57,845 nt of DNA from the IMG/VR virus record IMGVR_UViG_3300025810_000007, positions 1 through 57,845 of that record. One strand, written 5' to 3'. Of this stretch, positions 8,846-16,140 are shown piece by piece. Source of the DNA: a virus. Lineage: Duplodnaviria > Caudoviricetes. The translations under genes were made by a program, and so were the position numbers. Under the pieces are notes generated by a model. It saw nothing but the letters and a program-made list of their open reading frames with translations. It had not been told where the DNA came from and did not search any database. Positions within the stretch are counted from its first letter, which is position 1. Each line of letters opens with the position of its first letter.

Positions 8846-10050
8846 TATTCTCCTAATAGTCTTGCAACACCGCCTGATGCAAAGTCTGGTTCGTTATCAG
8901 GAGCTGGTCCATATTTTTCCTCTAGATATTCTGCTTGTTGTACTGGATCTTCGTTAATAGCTTTTGTCTTATCTTTTTTTCTTTTAGATTCTACAAATTC
9001 TTTTATAGTTGGTTTATTATCTCCTCTTGCAATTATTTTTAATCTACTTGTGTCGGACATTAAATCATCAATACTGTTTACTAAATTTTCTCCATCAAAT
9101 TCCATATCACCATCTGGATTCATAACTCGTGGTTCAGGTTCTACTGCATAAAATTCAGCTGATGGTCTTGGATCACCTTCATCAGCTAAAGGTTTTTTGT
9201 AAACAAGATCAACAGACTCTTCACCAACGTTTGTTGGTGATTCATAAGATACTCTGATCTCACCTGTATCTGTATTTCTATAAACTGTTACATCTTCAAA
9301 TTTATCTATATTTAATCTATGCACACTTTCTCTTTCCTGTGTTGCAAATTTTTTAGTTACATCTTCACCTTGATTAATTACTTTTGTAACAAGAGCATCA
9401 AACCATTCTGGTTTACCAGGCACAGCGTCTGTTTTAATAATATCTTTTGTAATTTTGCTTGCAGCTCCCTTACCAGCAAATTTTAATAATCCTGTTTTAA
9501 GTGCACCAATACCTGCACCAACGCCACCCATTAATTTTAAAAACGCTCGTCTATTCATACCAAGTTTTAAACCAATACGACCACCATCAGCTGCTTCTTG
9601 TTTTTGCTGCATAACTTCTTTTCTACGTAGGTCTTCTAAATATTCTTTGTATAGTCTTTCAAAATTTTCTTTTTTTTCTATGCCTTGTCTTTCTTTTAAA
9701 TACTCTTCAAAAGAAGGTGTGCCTTCTGCATAACCAATACGACCACCCATAGCTTTTTTTTCTGGGTCTGGTTTTTTTGGTTTTACTATTTTTGGATCAC
9801 CTTTACCCATCTGTTTTTGCATTTTATTAAATATGTTATCAAACATTCCAACCTGTTCGCCACCCATAATACCTTTTGATGTATCGATAACGTTGCCTTT
9901 CATGTCGACAACTTTATCTTGTTGTTTAATTTTTTCTAATGCTTCTTGTTTGATTTTAATTTTTTCTAGGCCATCTGGCATTCTACCCGTCACTTTGACA
10001 AAGCCTTTTGTCAATCTTGAGATCATCTGCGGTAATGTAAACGTAGCCAT
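8845..10050 (-). CDS. Putative internal virion protein with GGRIG repeats
   Basis: 401 aa; AMGGRIGYAEG, ADGGRIGLKLG, FASGGVA; TAATG coupled to terL. Confidence 0.5.
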   Translation of the reverse strand: MATFTLPQMISRLTKGFVKVTGRMPDGLEKIKIKQEALEKIKQQDKVVDMKGNVIDTSKGIMGGEQVGMFDNIFNKMQKQMGKGDPKIVKPKKPDPEKKAMGGRIGYAEGTPSFEEYLKERQGIEKKENFERLYKEYLEDLRRKEVMQQKQEAADGGRIGLKLGMNRRAFLKLMGGVGAGIGALKTGLLKFAGKGAASKITKDIIKTDAVPGKPEWFDALVTKVINQGEDVTKKFATQERESVHRLNIDKFEDVTVYRNTDTGEIRVSYESPTNVGEESVDLVYKKPLADEGDPRPSAEFYAVEPEPRVMNPDGDMEFDGENLVNSIDDLMSDTSRLKIIARGDNKPTIKEFVESKRKKDKTKAINEDPVQQAEYLEEKYGPAPDNEPDFASGGVARLLGE

Positions 10051-11531
10051 TAGTAATAATTCCTTTTAGTTTTTTCGACTTGTTCGTCGACATAGTCTTC
10101 AGGGTGATTAATTAGTCCACCTTGTCTGAATCGCATGATGGCTTGTGTAGTAGAGTCGACTAGGTCATCATGGTCTCCATACGGAAACGCAGCACACTCT
10201 TCAATGACGTCGTCTGCAAATTTCTGCTCTGGAGCCCATATCATACCAGATTCGAACAGAGGTGCAACCGAATTTACTCTAGAATGCTTGTCATTACCTT
10301 TCGAGGGTGTGTAGTTCATAACCGGTATATCCATCTTACGAAGTTCGTAAGTAAGTGGTAAACCTGATGCTTTCGCCTCAATAATAACTGTTTCAGGATT
10401 CCAATACTTATATTGCTCTAATGCAAGACGCCGTAGTTCTGGAAACTCGTAACGTCCTTTAATTGCATCGAGTAATATTAAATTAGCACCTGAATCTTCA
10501 TTAGGATAAAAAATACCCCAAGTCGTTATAGCAGAATAATCTGCAGTTTCTTTTTTTAAAAATGCAGTATCATAAGATTGTATGACGTGATGTAGTTGTG
10601 GAATATTCTCACCCTCATAAGTTCGCCACCACTCTCGTTTTAGAATAGCTCCTTCTTCTGCTGTTGGGTTTTGCATCCACTGCGCGTTCCATTTGCCCGT
10701 GGGCAGTGTTGCTTGGACCTTCTCAAGCTCATCTAACTTCCAATACTCTGGCCAAACTGGCTTTGCGTCCTTTGATCCATGGTCCATGATTGCTGGAAAT
10801 TCGACCACGTGCCACTGATCAGCTTTAGCTTCTTTTTGGTTCTGTATAAGTTTACCCGTTAGATCTTTATTACTCCATCTTGTCATGACGAGCACGATCT
10901 TACCGCCTGGTTGTAAACGCTGACGTGGACCTGACGTGTACCATTCGTAAGCTGATTCGAGAGCCGTGGGTGATAGTGCGTCTTGCTCGGAATGTGGATC
11001 ATCGATAATCAGTAGGTCCGCTCCTCTACCTGTAATCGCTCCGCCAACACCAGCCGCAAAATATTCACCGCCCTGTGCAGTTTCCCATCTCCCTGCTGCC
11101 TTTGAATCTTCTTGTAATCTTGTTTGAAAAATTTTTGTATAATCTTCCGAGTCGATTAGGTTCTTGGCTTTCCGACCGAACCTGACTGCGAGTTCTCCTG
11201 TGTGCGTTGCTTGAATGATCTTGAGTTTTGGATCACGGCCCACCATCCACGCTGGCAGGAGATAAGATGCAAATTCAGATTTTGTATGCCTAGGAGGCAT
11301 ATTAATGATCAAACGATTTATTTCACCGGTTGCTAATTTATTAAATTTTTCTGCAATGTGCCTGTGATGGGACCCCTCTATAAAATCGGGCCACATACAT
11401 TTAACAAAAGATAAGAAGTCTTCTTTAGCTTTATTCTGTATCTTTTTTTCAGCATGCATTACTTGCAGCTGTTTATATTTCCTACGGACGTCTGCGGGTA
11501 GTTTACTTATATCTATATTATTCAAATTCAT
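10050..11531 (-). CDS. terL: Terminase large subunit
   Basis: Walker A-like MPPRHTKS, Walker B LLIIDD, motif III MTRW, nuclease QSYDTA and HDDLVDSTTQA. Confidence 0.95.
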   Translation of the reverse strand: MNLNNIDISKLPADVRRKYKQLQVMHAEKKIQNKAKEDFLSFVKCMWPDFIEGSHHRHIAEKFNKLATGEINRLIINMPPRHTKSEFASYLLPAWMVGRDPKLKIIQATHTGELAVRFGRKAKNLIDSEDYTKIFQTRLQEDSKAAGRWETAQGGEYFAAGVGGAITGRGADLLIIDDPHSEQDALSPTALESAYEWYTSGPRQRLQPGGKIVLVMTRWSNKDLTGKLIQNQKEAKADQWHVVEFPAIMDHGSKDAKPVWPEYWKLDELEKVQATLPTGKWNAQWMQNPTAEEGAILKREWWRTYEGENIPQLHHVIQSYDTAFLKKETADYSAITTWGIFYPNEDSGANLILLDAIKGRYEFPELRRLALEQYKYWNPETVIIEAKASGLPLTYELRKMDIPVMNYTPSKGNDKHSRVNSVAPLFESGMIWAPEQKFADDVIEECAAFPYGDHDDLVDSTTQAIMRFRQGGLINHPEDYVDEQVEKTKRNYY

Positions 11532-11581
11532 TTAAAATTTTTTAAAAAATTTTTTGCATCATATTTAAGATGTTCAACATG

Positions 11582-11610
11582 TTTTTACCAGCTAAAACTC
11601 TGTAAATCAA
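11582..11610 (-). promoter_or_regulatory. sigma70-type promoter for terL
   Basis: TTGATT-17 nt-TAAAAA with a TGn extension. Confidence 0.45.
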
Positions 11611-11634
11611 GCAATACAACCTAGAGTAGTGGGA

Positions 11635-11654
11635 CCCCTTTTTGTAAAAAGGGG
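11635..11654. repeat. Inverted repeat CCCCTTTTT-GT-AAAAAGGGG
   Basis: Perfect 9-bp arms; the left arm starts within GGGACCCC. Confidence 0.8.
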
Positions 11655-11698
11655 GGATAGGGTCTTATATATTTTAGATGTTTGGAATTTGTTTGGGA

Positions 11699-11721
11699 CC
11701 CCTGGCCCGTAGGGCCAGGGG
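11699..11721 (-). terminator. GC-rich hairpin after the early operon
   Basis: CCCCTGGCCC-GTA-GGGCCAGGGG, 10-bp stem, 8 nt past the stop at 11730; no U tract. Confidence 0.5.
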
Positions 11722-11729
11722 CAAGGAGT

Positions 11730-11975
11730 TTAATCTAATAAGATCATGTAAGCTTCGGCATTGTGTTGTCTAAACCAATTGATGTCGGCTCGTACCTTAT
11801 CCCATAGTTTAGATGCACCGTCAAAACCTGCGGCTTTGTCTTCTAGTGTAGCTGCTAATTCATTGATGAATAATCTATCATGAATCGTAGCTTCTTGTTT
11901 AGTTAATAGAATAGATTGACCTGTGAATCTATTCTTTCTTTCTTCTGTTTTATTGTCTGTATTTGTATTTGTCAT
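11730..11975 (-). CDS. Early hypothetical protein
   Basis: 81 aa (RKNRFTG...WFRQHNAEAYMILLD); has its own promoter. Confidence 0.75.
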   Translation of the reverse strand: MTNTNTDNKTEERKNRFTGQSILLTKQEATIHDRLFINELAATLEDKAAGFDGASKLWDKVRADINWFRQHNAEAYMILLD

Positions 11976-12009
11976 ATCCTACATTATCAAGGATTGGTGT
12001 TATTGTCAA
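11976..12009 (-). promoter_or_regulatory. sigma70 promoter with ATCCT-N9-AGGAT operator, probably leaderless
   Basis: TTGACA-17-TAATGT, then AGGAT, then the ATG at 11975. Confidence 0.7.
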
Positions 12010-12319
12010 CCTCTTTTATTTCTGTGTTTGTATAAGTATAACCATAACTAGTTGTATGAGTTGTTTTCTTTGGGTCCTCAATCGGTGTTTCAAGGCACTC
12101 GGTCCTCGGCGCGATTGCAATAACTTGTCGCCAATATGTATAAAAGAAATCTGTGTAACAACCTTGACTACAAAACACAGACCATATTGTATTTGCATTC
12201 CATTTATTACTTGCAATCTTTCTAGTCCTCAAAACCTTTGAGCCTTTAACACCTCTTATTCTATCCTGTGTTTTATTTGTATGGCAATTCGGACCATGGC
12301 ACCAATTATAATCACTCAT
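11987..12319 (-). CDS. Early Cys-containing hypothetical protein
   Basis: MSDYNWCHGPNC...FCSQGC, possible Zn binding; start placed at 12319, overlapping the upstream stop. Confidence 0.7.
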   Translation of the reverse strand: MSDYNWCHGPNCHTNKTQDRIRGVKGSKVLRTRKIASNKWNANTIWSVFCSQGCYTDFFYTYWRQVIAIAPRTECLETPIEDPKKTTHTTSYGYTYTNTEIKEVDNNTNP

Positions 12320-12476
12320 AATATGGTAACCCCCCAAACATTGCCATGACACCACCAAAAGAAATTAATACTCCTATCTCATAATGTTGTCCATGTATAA
12401 AAACTATTACTCCTAACATCGCTAGTACAAATCCTGTTAGTACCATTAACAATCTTCCTATTATTTCGCCTGTCAT
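12312..12476 (-). CDS. Small two-TM membrane protein (54 aa, absent from ORF track)
   Basis: Hand translation MTGEIIGRLLMVLTGFVLAMLGVIVFIHGQHYEIGVLISFGGVMAMFGGLPYYE*; GAGGAG RBS and TAATG coupling. Confidence 0.7.
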   Translation of the reverse strand: MTGEIIGRLLMVLTGFVLAMLGVIVFIHGQHYEIGVLISFGGVMAMFGGLPYYE

Positions 12477-12604
12477 TACTCCTCTCTTTCTTTTTTTAGT
12501 CTAGCCTGTGCATTTTTAAAGTCAATAAATTTTTGAGTGTCTTTAGCTAACCAGACACCCAAAACAAAAATTAATGGAAATCCAAAACAAATTAAATATT
12601 CCAT
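12476..12604 (-). CDS. Small single-TM protein (42 aa, absent from ORF track)
   Basis: Hand translation MEYLICFGFPLIFVLGVWLAKDTQKFIDFKNAQARLKKEREE*; TAATG coupled at both ends. Confidence 0.7.
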   Translation of the reverse strand: MEYLICFGFPLIFVLGVWLAKDTQKFIDFKNAQARLKKEREE

Positions 12605-12789
12605 TAGTGCCTCACTTTCCAACTTGTTGTTGCAGTCCTATATCCATGACTATCTAAATCATAATAAACATAATAAGGGACACCCTGTTTAGATGTTCCA
12701 TATCTAGATTTTTCGTCATGCTTACCTTGTCTTGTTATGTGCTTCTTATGTTTAGAAGCCCAATAAGTTATGTAGAATGTTTTAGTCAT
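12604..12789 (-). CDS. Small protein, possible SH3/WYL_2-like beta barrel
   Basis: 61 aa, YVYYDLDSHGYRT motif; AGAAAGGA RBS. ORF solid, fold tentative. Confidence 0.5.
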   Translation of the reverse strand: MTKTFYITYWASKHKKHITRQGKHDEKSRYGTSKQGVPYYVYYDLDSHGYRTATTSWKVRH

Positions 12790-12807
12790 ATATCCTTTCT
12801 AATTAAT

Positions 12808-12842
12808 AACCTATCCTACAATAAGTAGGATAGGTTTGTCAA
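12808..12842 (-). promoter_or_regulatory. sigma70 promoter overlapped by a palindrome with 12-bp arms
   Basis: TTGACA followed by AACCTATCCTAC-TTATT-GTAGGATAGGTT; TAGGAT lies 18 nt from the -35 box. Confidence 0.7.
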
Positions 12843-12845
12843 CCC

Positions 12846-13835
12846 TTAATTTACAGATTGTTGTTCTCGCAATAGTTGTTTGGCTATTGCTATTTTTTCC
12901 TCTCTAGTTTGTTCAACCTCATCAGTTAATAAATCAGCTAGATTAGTTGGACTATAAATAGATAATGCCATTGAACTACTTTCATTCAATACACTTTCAT
13001 TTAGTACAACACCTAATTTATCAGCTAACTCTTTTGCTTGGTCAAAGTATCTGTAAGATTTCAAACCAAGTTTTAGTTTTTGCATTTTCTTATCAACATG
13101 GTCAAAAAGATTTTTGTGTGCAAGAATTACATTGTCTTTTGCAACCATAAAAGATTTAAACCAATTATATTCTGCCTCATTGGTTTGAAACATACGACTA
13201 TGACAATAAGATGTTCCAATAACAATAAGTTTAAAATCATTTTCCCATTTATCTTTTTGAAAATCTGATTGTCCACTTACATCATTACGACTACCATAAC
13301 CCAAATATTTATTTACTGCACTTTCTGAATTATAATAAGTCGGATTTCTTTTGTCGTAATTGTCGCCAAGTCTTACATCATAATCTGCGTCAATGCCTTT
13401 TGCTTTCATCTCATCACGATAATAAGCAGTTAAAAATTCTTTATCTGCTTTAAACTCAACATGAACATCATCATATTTTTCAACTGGATTGTCGTTGTAG
13501 TCGGTGTCCATACGAGGTGTAGAGTTTTGAACATGAAAACAATTATCATCATATAATCTTCCACCACTTTCGCCATACTTATTAACCATAGAACGAATTG
13601 TATCTACATCTTCTTGTGGTTGATGAAATCTTACGAGATTATTTATTTTAACTTTTGCTTGTTCTCGCATATCATTGTAAGTTTCTTTTGCGTCTTGCCA
13701 TGCTTTCTTATATTTTGAATTATCTTCAAAATGGCTTTGAAATACATCTGCAATAACTTTTCTCTTATCTGCATTAAGAGTTTGTCTTTTTTCTTTAGTC
13801 ATGTTTCCTCTTTCTTGGTTATTTATTTTTTGCAT
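12846..13835 (-). CDS. Early hypothetical protein
   Basis: 329-aa ORF; alternative start at 13802 with AGAAAGAGG RBS; promoter immediately upstream. Confidence 0.8.
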   Translation of the reverse strand: MQKINNQERGNMTKEKRQTLNADKRKVIADVFQSHFEDNSKYKKAWQDAKETYNDMREQAKVKINNLVRFHQPQEDVDTIRSMVNKYGESGGRLYDDNCFHVQNSTPRMDTDYNDNPVEKYDDVHVEFKADKEFLTAYYRDEMKAKGIDADYDVRLGDNYDKRNPTYYNSESAVNKYLGYGSRNDVSGQSDFQKDKWENDFKLIVIGTSYCHSRMFQTNEAEYNWFKSFMVAKDNVILAHKNLFDHVDKKMQKLKLGLKSYRYFDQAKELADKLGVVLNESVLNESSSMALSIYSPTNLADLLTDEVEQTREEKIAIAKQLLREQQSVN

Positions 13836-13841
13836 GATTTG

Positions 13842-13880
13842 AAATTAGCACTTGACAAAAGGATTGTCAAGGATTATATA
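13842..13880. promoter_or_regulatory. Overlapping divergent sigma70 promoters
   Basis: Plus: TTGACA-17-TATATA. Minus: TTGACA-17-TAATTT. Two AGGAT boxes 10 bp apart (13860, 13870). Confidence 0.7.
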
Positions 13881-13885
13881 TGATG

Positions 13886-14136
13886 TTCAGCCTCATTTGA
13901 ATATTTATCGCTGAAACAAAACTATAAATATTCTGGGGACTTGCACCTACAAAAGCAAGTAGGATTAAAGCCAGGGATACACAGACAACCTGGCCTGATC
14001 CCTGGTTACTATACCATAGCCCGGTAAACATATGATACTATCGGGTCGGTCAATATAGGGAGCCCTAGAATAGTAACCTGGGATCAGTCAACGCGCCGCC
14101 GCCGCTAGAACACAGACAGTCTGGCGTTGGCTGGTC
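13886..14136 (+). ncRNA. Candidate structured non-coding RNA
   Basis: No ORF of 60 aa or more; downstream of a consensus promoter; five consecutive stem-loops including an 18-bp stem with one mismatch and two hairpins with ACACAGACA loops. Confidence 0.5.
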
Positions 14137-14156
14137 AAGCCGCAAGCTTCAAGCTT
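14136..14156 (+). repeat. CAAGCNN heptad array 1 (3 units)
   Basis: CAAGCCG CAAGCTT CAAGCTT, running into TTGACA. Confidence 0.8.
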
Positions 14157-14183
14157 GACAGCTGGTGAAGGATACTATAGGAT
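14155..14183 (+). promoter_or_regulatory. sigma70 promoter with tandem AGGAT boxes
   Basis: TTGACA-17-TAGGAT; AGGAT at 14169 and 14179. Confidence 0.7.
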
Positions 14184-14202
14184 GGATTTAGAAAGGAATA
14201 AT

Positions 14203-14328
14203 ATGGACAAAGAAATAAATGATAGATCAGTTAACCCGCTAATAAGAATAGCAGACGCTCTAGAAGAGATCCTGCGGCTGGTAAAGCAGGATATGGATCG
14301 AATGAAGAAAATAAATGAAGAGAATTAA
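14203..14328 (+). CDS. Small helical protein (41 aa, absent from ORF track)
   Basis: Hand translation MDKEINDRSVNPLIRIADALEEILRLVKQDMDRMKKINEEN*; AGAAAGGA RBS. Confidence 0.7.
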   Translation: MDKEINDRSVNPLIRIADALEEILRLVKQDMDRMKKINEEN

Positions 14329-14533
14329 ACACAATAATTTGCTGCCATGGTTCACACAGGACCATGGCACATTGCCGGCCGCGTACCTGGCCAGCTGTGA
14401 AGAGTTCTTCAAATGGTTAGAAGACTGCAAGCGCACCGGGTTCAAAGCTCCAAGCAACAAGCCGCAAGCTCCAGGCTGCAAGCTTGACAGCTGGCCGGAT
14501 TCATGTTATAGGATAATAAAGGAGAAATTATGA
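14315..14533 (+). CDS. Hypothetical protein whose C-terminus reads through a heptad array
   Basis: 72 aa MKRIKHNNLLPWF...; overlaps upstream stop and downstream ATGA. Confidence 0.55.
   Translation: MKRIKHNNLLPWFTQDHGTLPAAYLASCEEFFKWLEDCKRTGFKAPSNKPQAPGCKLDSWPDSCYRIIKEKL
14444..14485 (+). repeat. CAAGCNN heptad array 2 (6 units)
   Basis: AAAGCTC CAAGCAA CAAGCCG CAAGCTC CAGGCTG CAAGCTT, running into TTGACA. Confidence 0.85.
14484..14514 (+). promoter_or_regulatory. sigma70-type promoter for the GP88-like gene
   Basis: TTGACAGCTGG as at 14155, followed by TGTTATAGGAT. Confidence 0.55.
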
Positions 14534-15135
14534 AAACTGATGAAGCATTAAAAATTATAGGCGGCTCATTGAGCAAGCCTTCAAAGATGCCTGGCTGGTC
14601 AATTGGTTTACCTGCCAAAGAGTGCAAGACTGGCGGCAAGCTCCAGCAGGTGAAGGGCAGCGTCTGTTATGACTGTTACGCGCTCAAGGGCTGTTACGTT
14701 TTCAAAGTTGTTCAGGATGCACAGTATCGAAGGCTGGCAGCGTTGAAGAGTCCGGACTGGGTCCAGGCAATGGCTCACCTGATCAACAGCAAAAAGCCGG
14801 ACGTGTTCAGATGGCACGACAGCGGCGATGTACAAGATTTAAATCACTTACAAAAAATTTATGAAGTGTGCAAGTTAACACCTTCAAAAAAGCATTGGAT
14901 GCCAACTCGTGAAGCATGGATTAAGGACCATCTTCAGGATAAGCCAAACAATTTAGTCATACGATTTAGCGCGCCCATGGTGAACCAGCGGGCGCCTGCT
15001 TCGTGGCCTAACTCTTCAATGGTAGTGGACAAAGGTTTTCACACCTGCCCGGCTCCAGCTCAAGACAACGAGTGCAGAGACTGCAGACAATGTTGGGATC
15101 CAAAAATTAAAACGGTTTCATATGGTAAACATTAA
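14530..15135 (+). CDS. GP88-family Cys-rich protein (radical-SAM-like)
   Basis: SKMPG...C...CYDCYA...FRWHDSGD...NLVIRFS...CPA...CRDCRQCW; AAGGAG RBS. Confidence 0.75.
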   Translation: MKTDEALKIIGGSLSKPSKMPGWSIGLPAKECKTGGKLQQVKGSVCYDCYALKGCYVFKVVQDAQYRRLAALKSPDWVQAMAHLINSKKPDVFRWHDSGDVQDLNHLQKIYEVCKLTPSKKHWMPTREAWIKDHLQDKPNNLVIRFSAPMVNQRAPASWPNSSMVVDKGFHTCPAPAQDNECRDCRQCWDPKIKTVSYGKH

Positions 15136-15141
15136 AACAAA

Positions 15142-15220
15142 ATTCCCGCGTGGAATATCGGACCAGACTATTAGCGCTTCGGGCTCGTACGGCCTTACCA
15201 AGCGCGTACGTCCTGGTCCG
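15142..15220. other. Structured GC-rich intergenic element between convergent genes
   Basis: ATTCC/GGAAT hairpin; CGGACCAG/CTGGTCCG stem enclosing GCGCTT/AAGCGC. Confidence 0.55.
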
Positions 15221-15225
15221 GGCCT

Positions 15226-15339
15226 AAAGCTTCAAGCTACAAGCGCCAAGCTTCAAGCACCAAGTTTTGATAAATATAAATGACAAGCCTCAAGCCCCAA
15301 GCTGCAAGCTTCAAGCTCCAAGCCACAAGCAACAAGTTC
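15226..15339 (+). repeat. CAAGCNN heptad arrays 3 and 4 (6 + 8 units)
   Basis: Tandem 7-mers at 15226-15267 and 15284-15339. Confidence 0.9.
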
Positions 15340-15621
15340 TTGAATCTTGGACCCTGGAAAAAGTTTCACGGTACTCGGACCGAGGGCCTCTACCATGATA
15401 AAGGTATTGTTAGGATGCCTAACATGGAAGGCTATTTGGTGTGGTGAAAATTTAATCTTGTTACCTGAAGTGACTTTCAGTTCGATAGTGAAAAAGTGAC
15501 CAGAAGTATTATAAGCCAATAGATCGGGAGTACCGTGTAAGCTATTATTTTCAAGTCGAATAAGCGAAATATTAGTAAAATGTTTTTTAATTTTTTGATA
15601 TAATTTACGCTCTGGTCCCAT
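15253..15621 (-). CDS. VRR-NUC / Holliday junction resolvase-like PD-(D/E)xK nuclease
   Basis: E...GTPDLL...IELK...SPHQIAFH motifs. Confidence 0.8.
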   Translation of the reverse strand: MGPERKLYQKIKKHFTNISLIRLENNSLHGTPDLLAYNTSGHFFTIELKVTSGNKIKFSPHQIAFHVRHPNNTFIMVEALGPSTVKLFPGSKIQELVACGLELEACSLGLEACHLYLSKLGA

Positions 15622-15649
15622 GCGTTTTTTAGAGTAACATTGTCATTCA

Positions 15650-15889
15650 TTAATAGTCCTTCTGAAGTTTATCTGGTAAGATAAGACTCGAAGGTTTTTC
15701 AGTTTTCATAACTAATCTGTGAGCACTACGACCTGGCTGGCCTATGATAGGAACTGCATTTTCATGTACTTCCATACGTCGGATTGCATGCAACTTTCCT
15801 TTTATCTCGACATAGATAACTGCATTTTTTACTGCGTCAGAACCTTTTGTAAAGTTACTCAAGAATAGCTGCAAGTCTTGAACTCTCAT
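15650..15889 (-). CDS. Hypothetical protein
   Basis: 79 aa, ATGA coupled to the upstream gene. Confidence 0.7.
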   Translation of the reverse strand: MRVQDLQLFLSNFTKGSDAVKNAVIYVEIKGKLHAIRRMEVHENAVPIIGQPGRSAHRLVMKTEKPSSLILPDKLQKDY

Positions 15890-16101
15890 GAATCTTTTCG
15901 TCTTAACTTGTTGGATAAATCCTCTATCACTTTTTTATAACCTTGCAAGAGATTTATGTTTTTTTCATTCTCGTATGAGAATTTTTTCCAGTAATAAATT
16001 TGTCTTTGAGCATCAACTAACAACTGTTGATACATCTTAATGGTAAGTTTAAGATTATCTATTTGTTTGGTTAAATCTAGATTTCCTCTGTCATCTTTCA
16101 T
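15886..16101 (-). CDS. Coiled-coil hypothetical protein
   Basis: Start placed at ATG 16101, 8 nt after a -10 box. Confidence 0.7.
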   Translation of the reverse strand: MKDDRGNLDLTKQIDNLKLTIKMYQQLLVDAQRQIYYWKKFSYENEKNINLLQGYKKVIEDLSNKLRRKDS

Positions 16102-16104
16102 ATC

Positions 16105-16138
16105 TTGACAATATAACAATGTTACCTTAAATTGTCAA
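16105..16138. promoter_or_regulatory. Symmetric bidirectional sigma70 promoter
   Basis: Plus: TTGACA-17-TAAATT-7-ATG. Minus: TTGACA-17-TATATT-8-ATG. Confidence 0.75.
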
Positions 16139-16140
16139 CT

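Noticed and set aside
13886-14136. tRNA or hammerhead ribozyme
   Set aside because: No cloverleaf with a TTCRA T-loop and no CTGATGA...GAAA core found by eye; a covariance search is still needed.
14260-14835. Minus-strand ORFs of 65-75 aa
   Set aside because: Shadows of the plus-strand genes and heptad repeats, which have promoter and RBS support.
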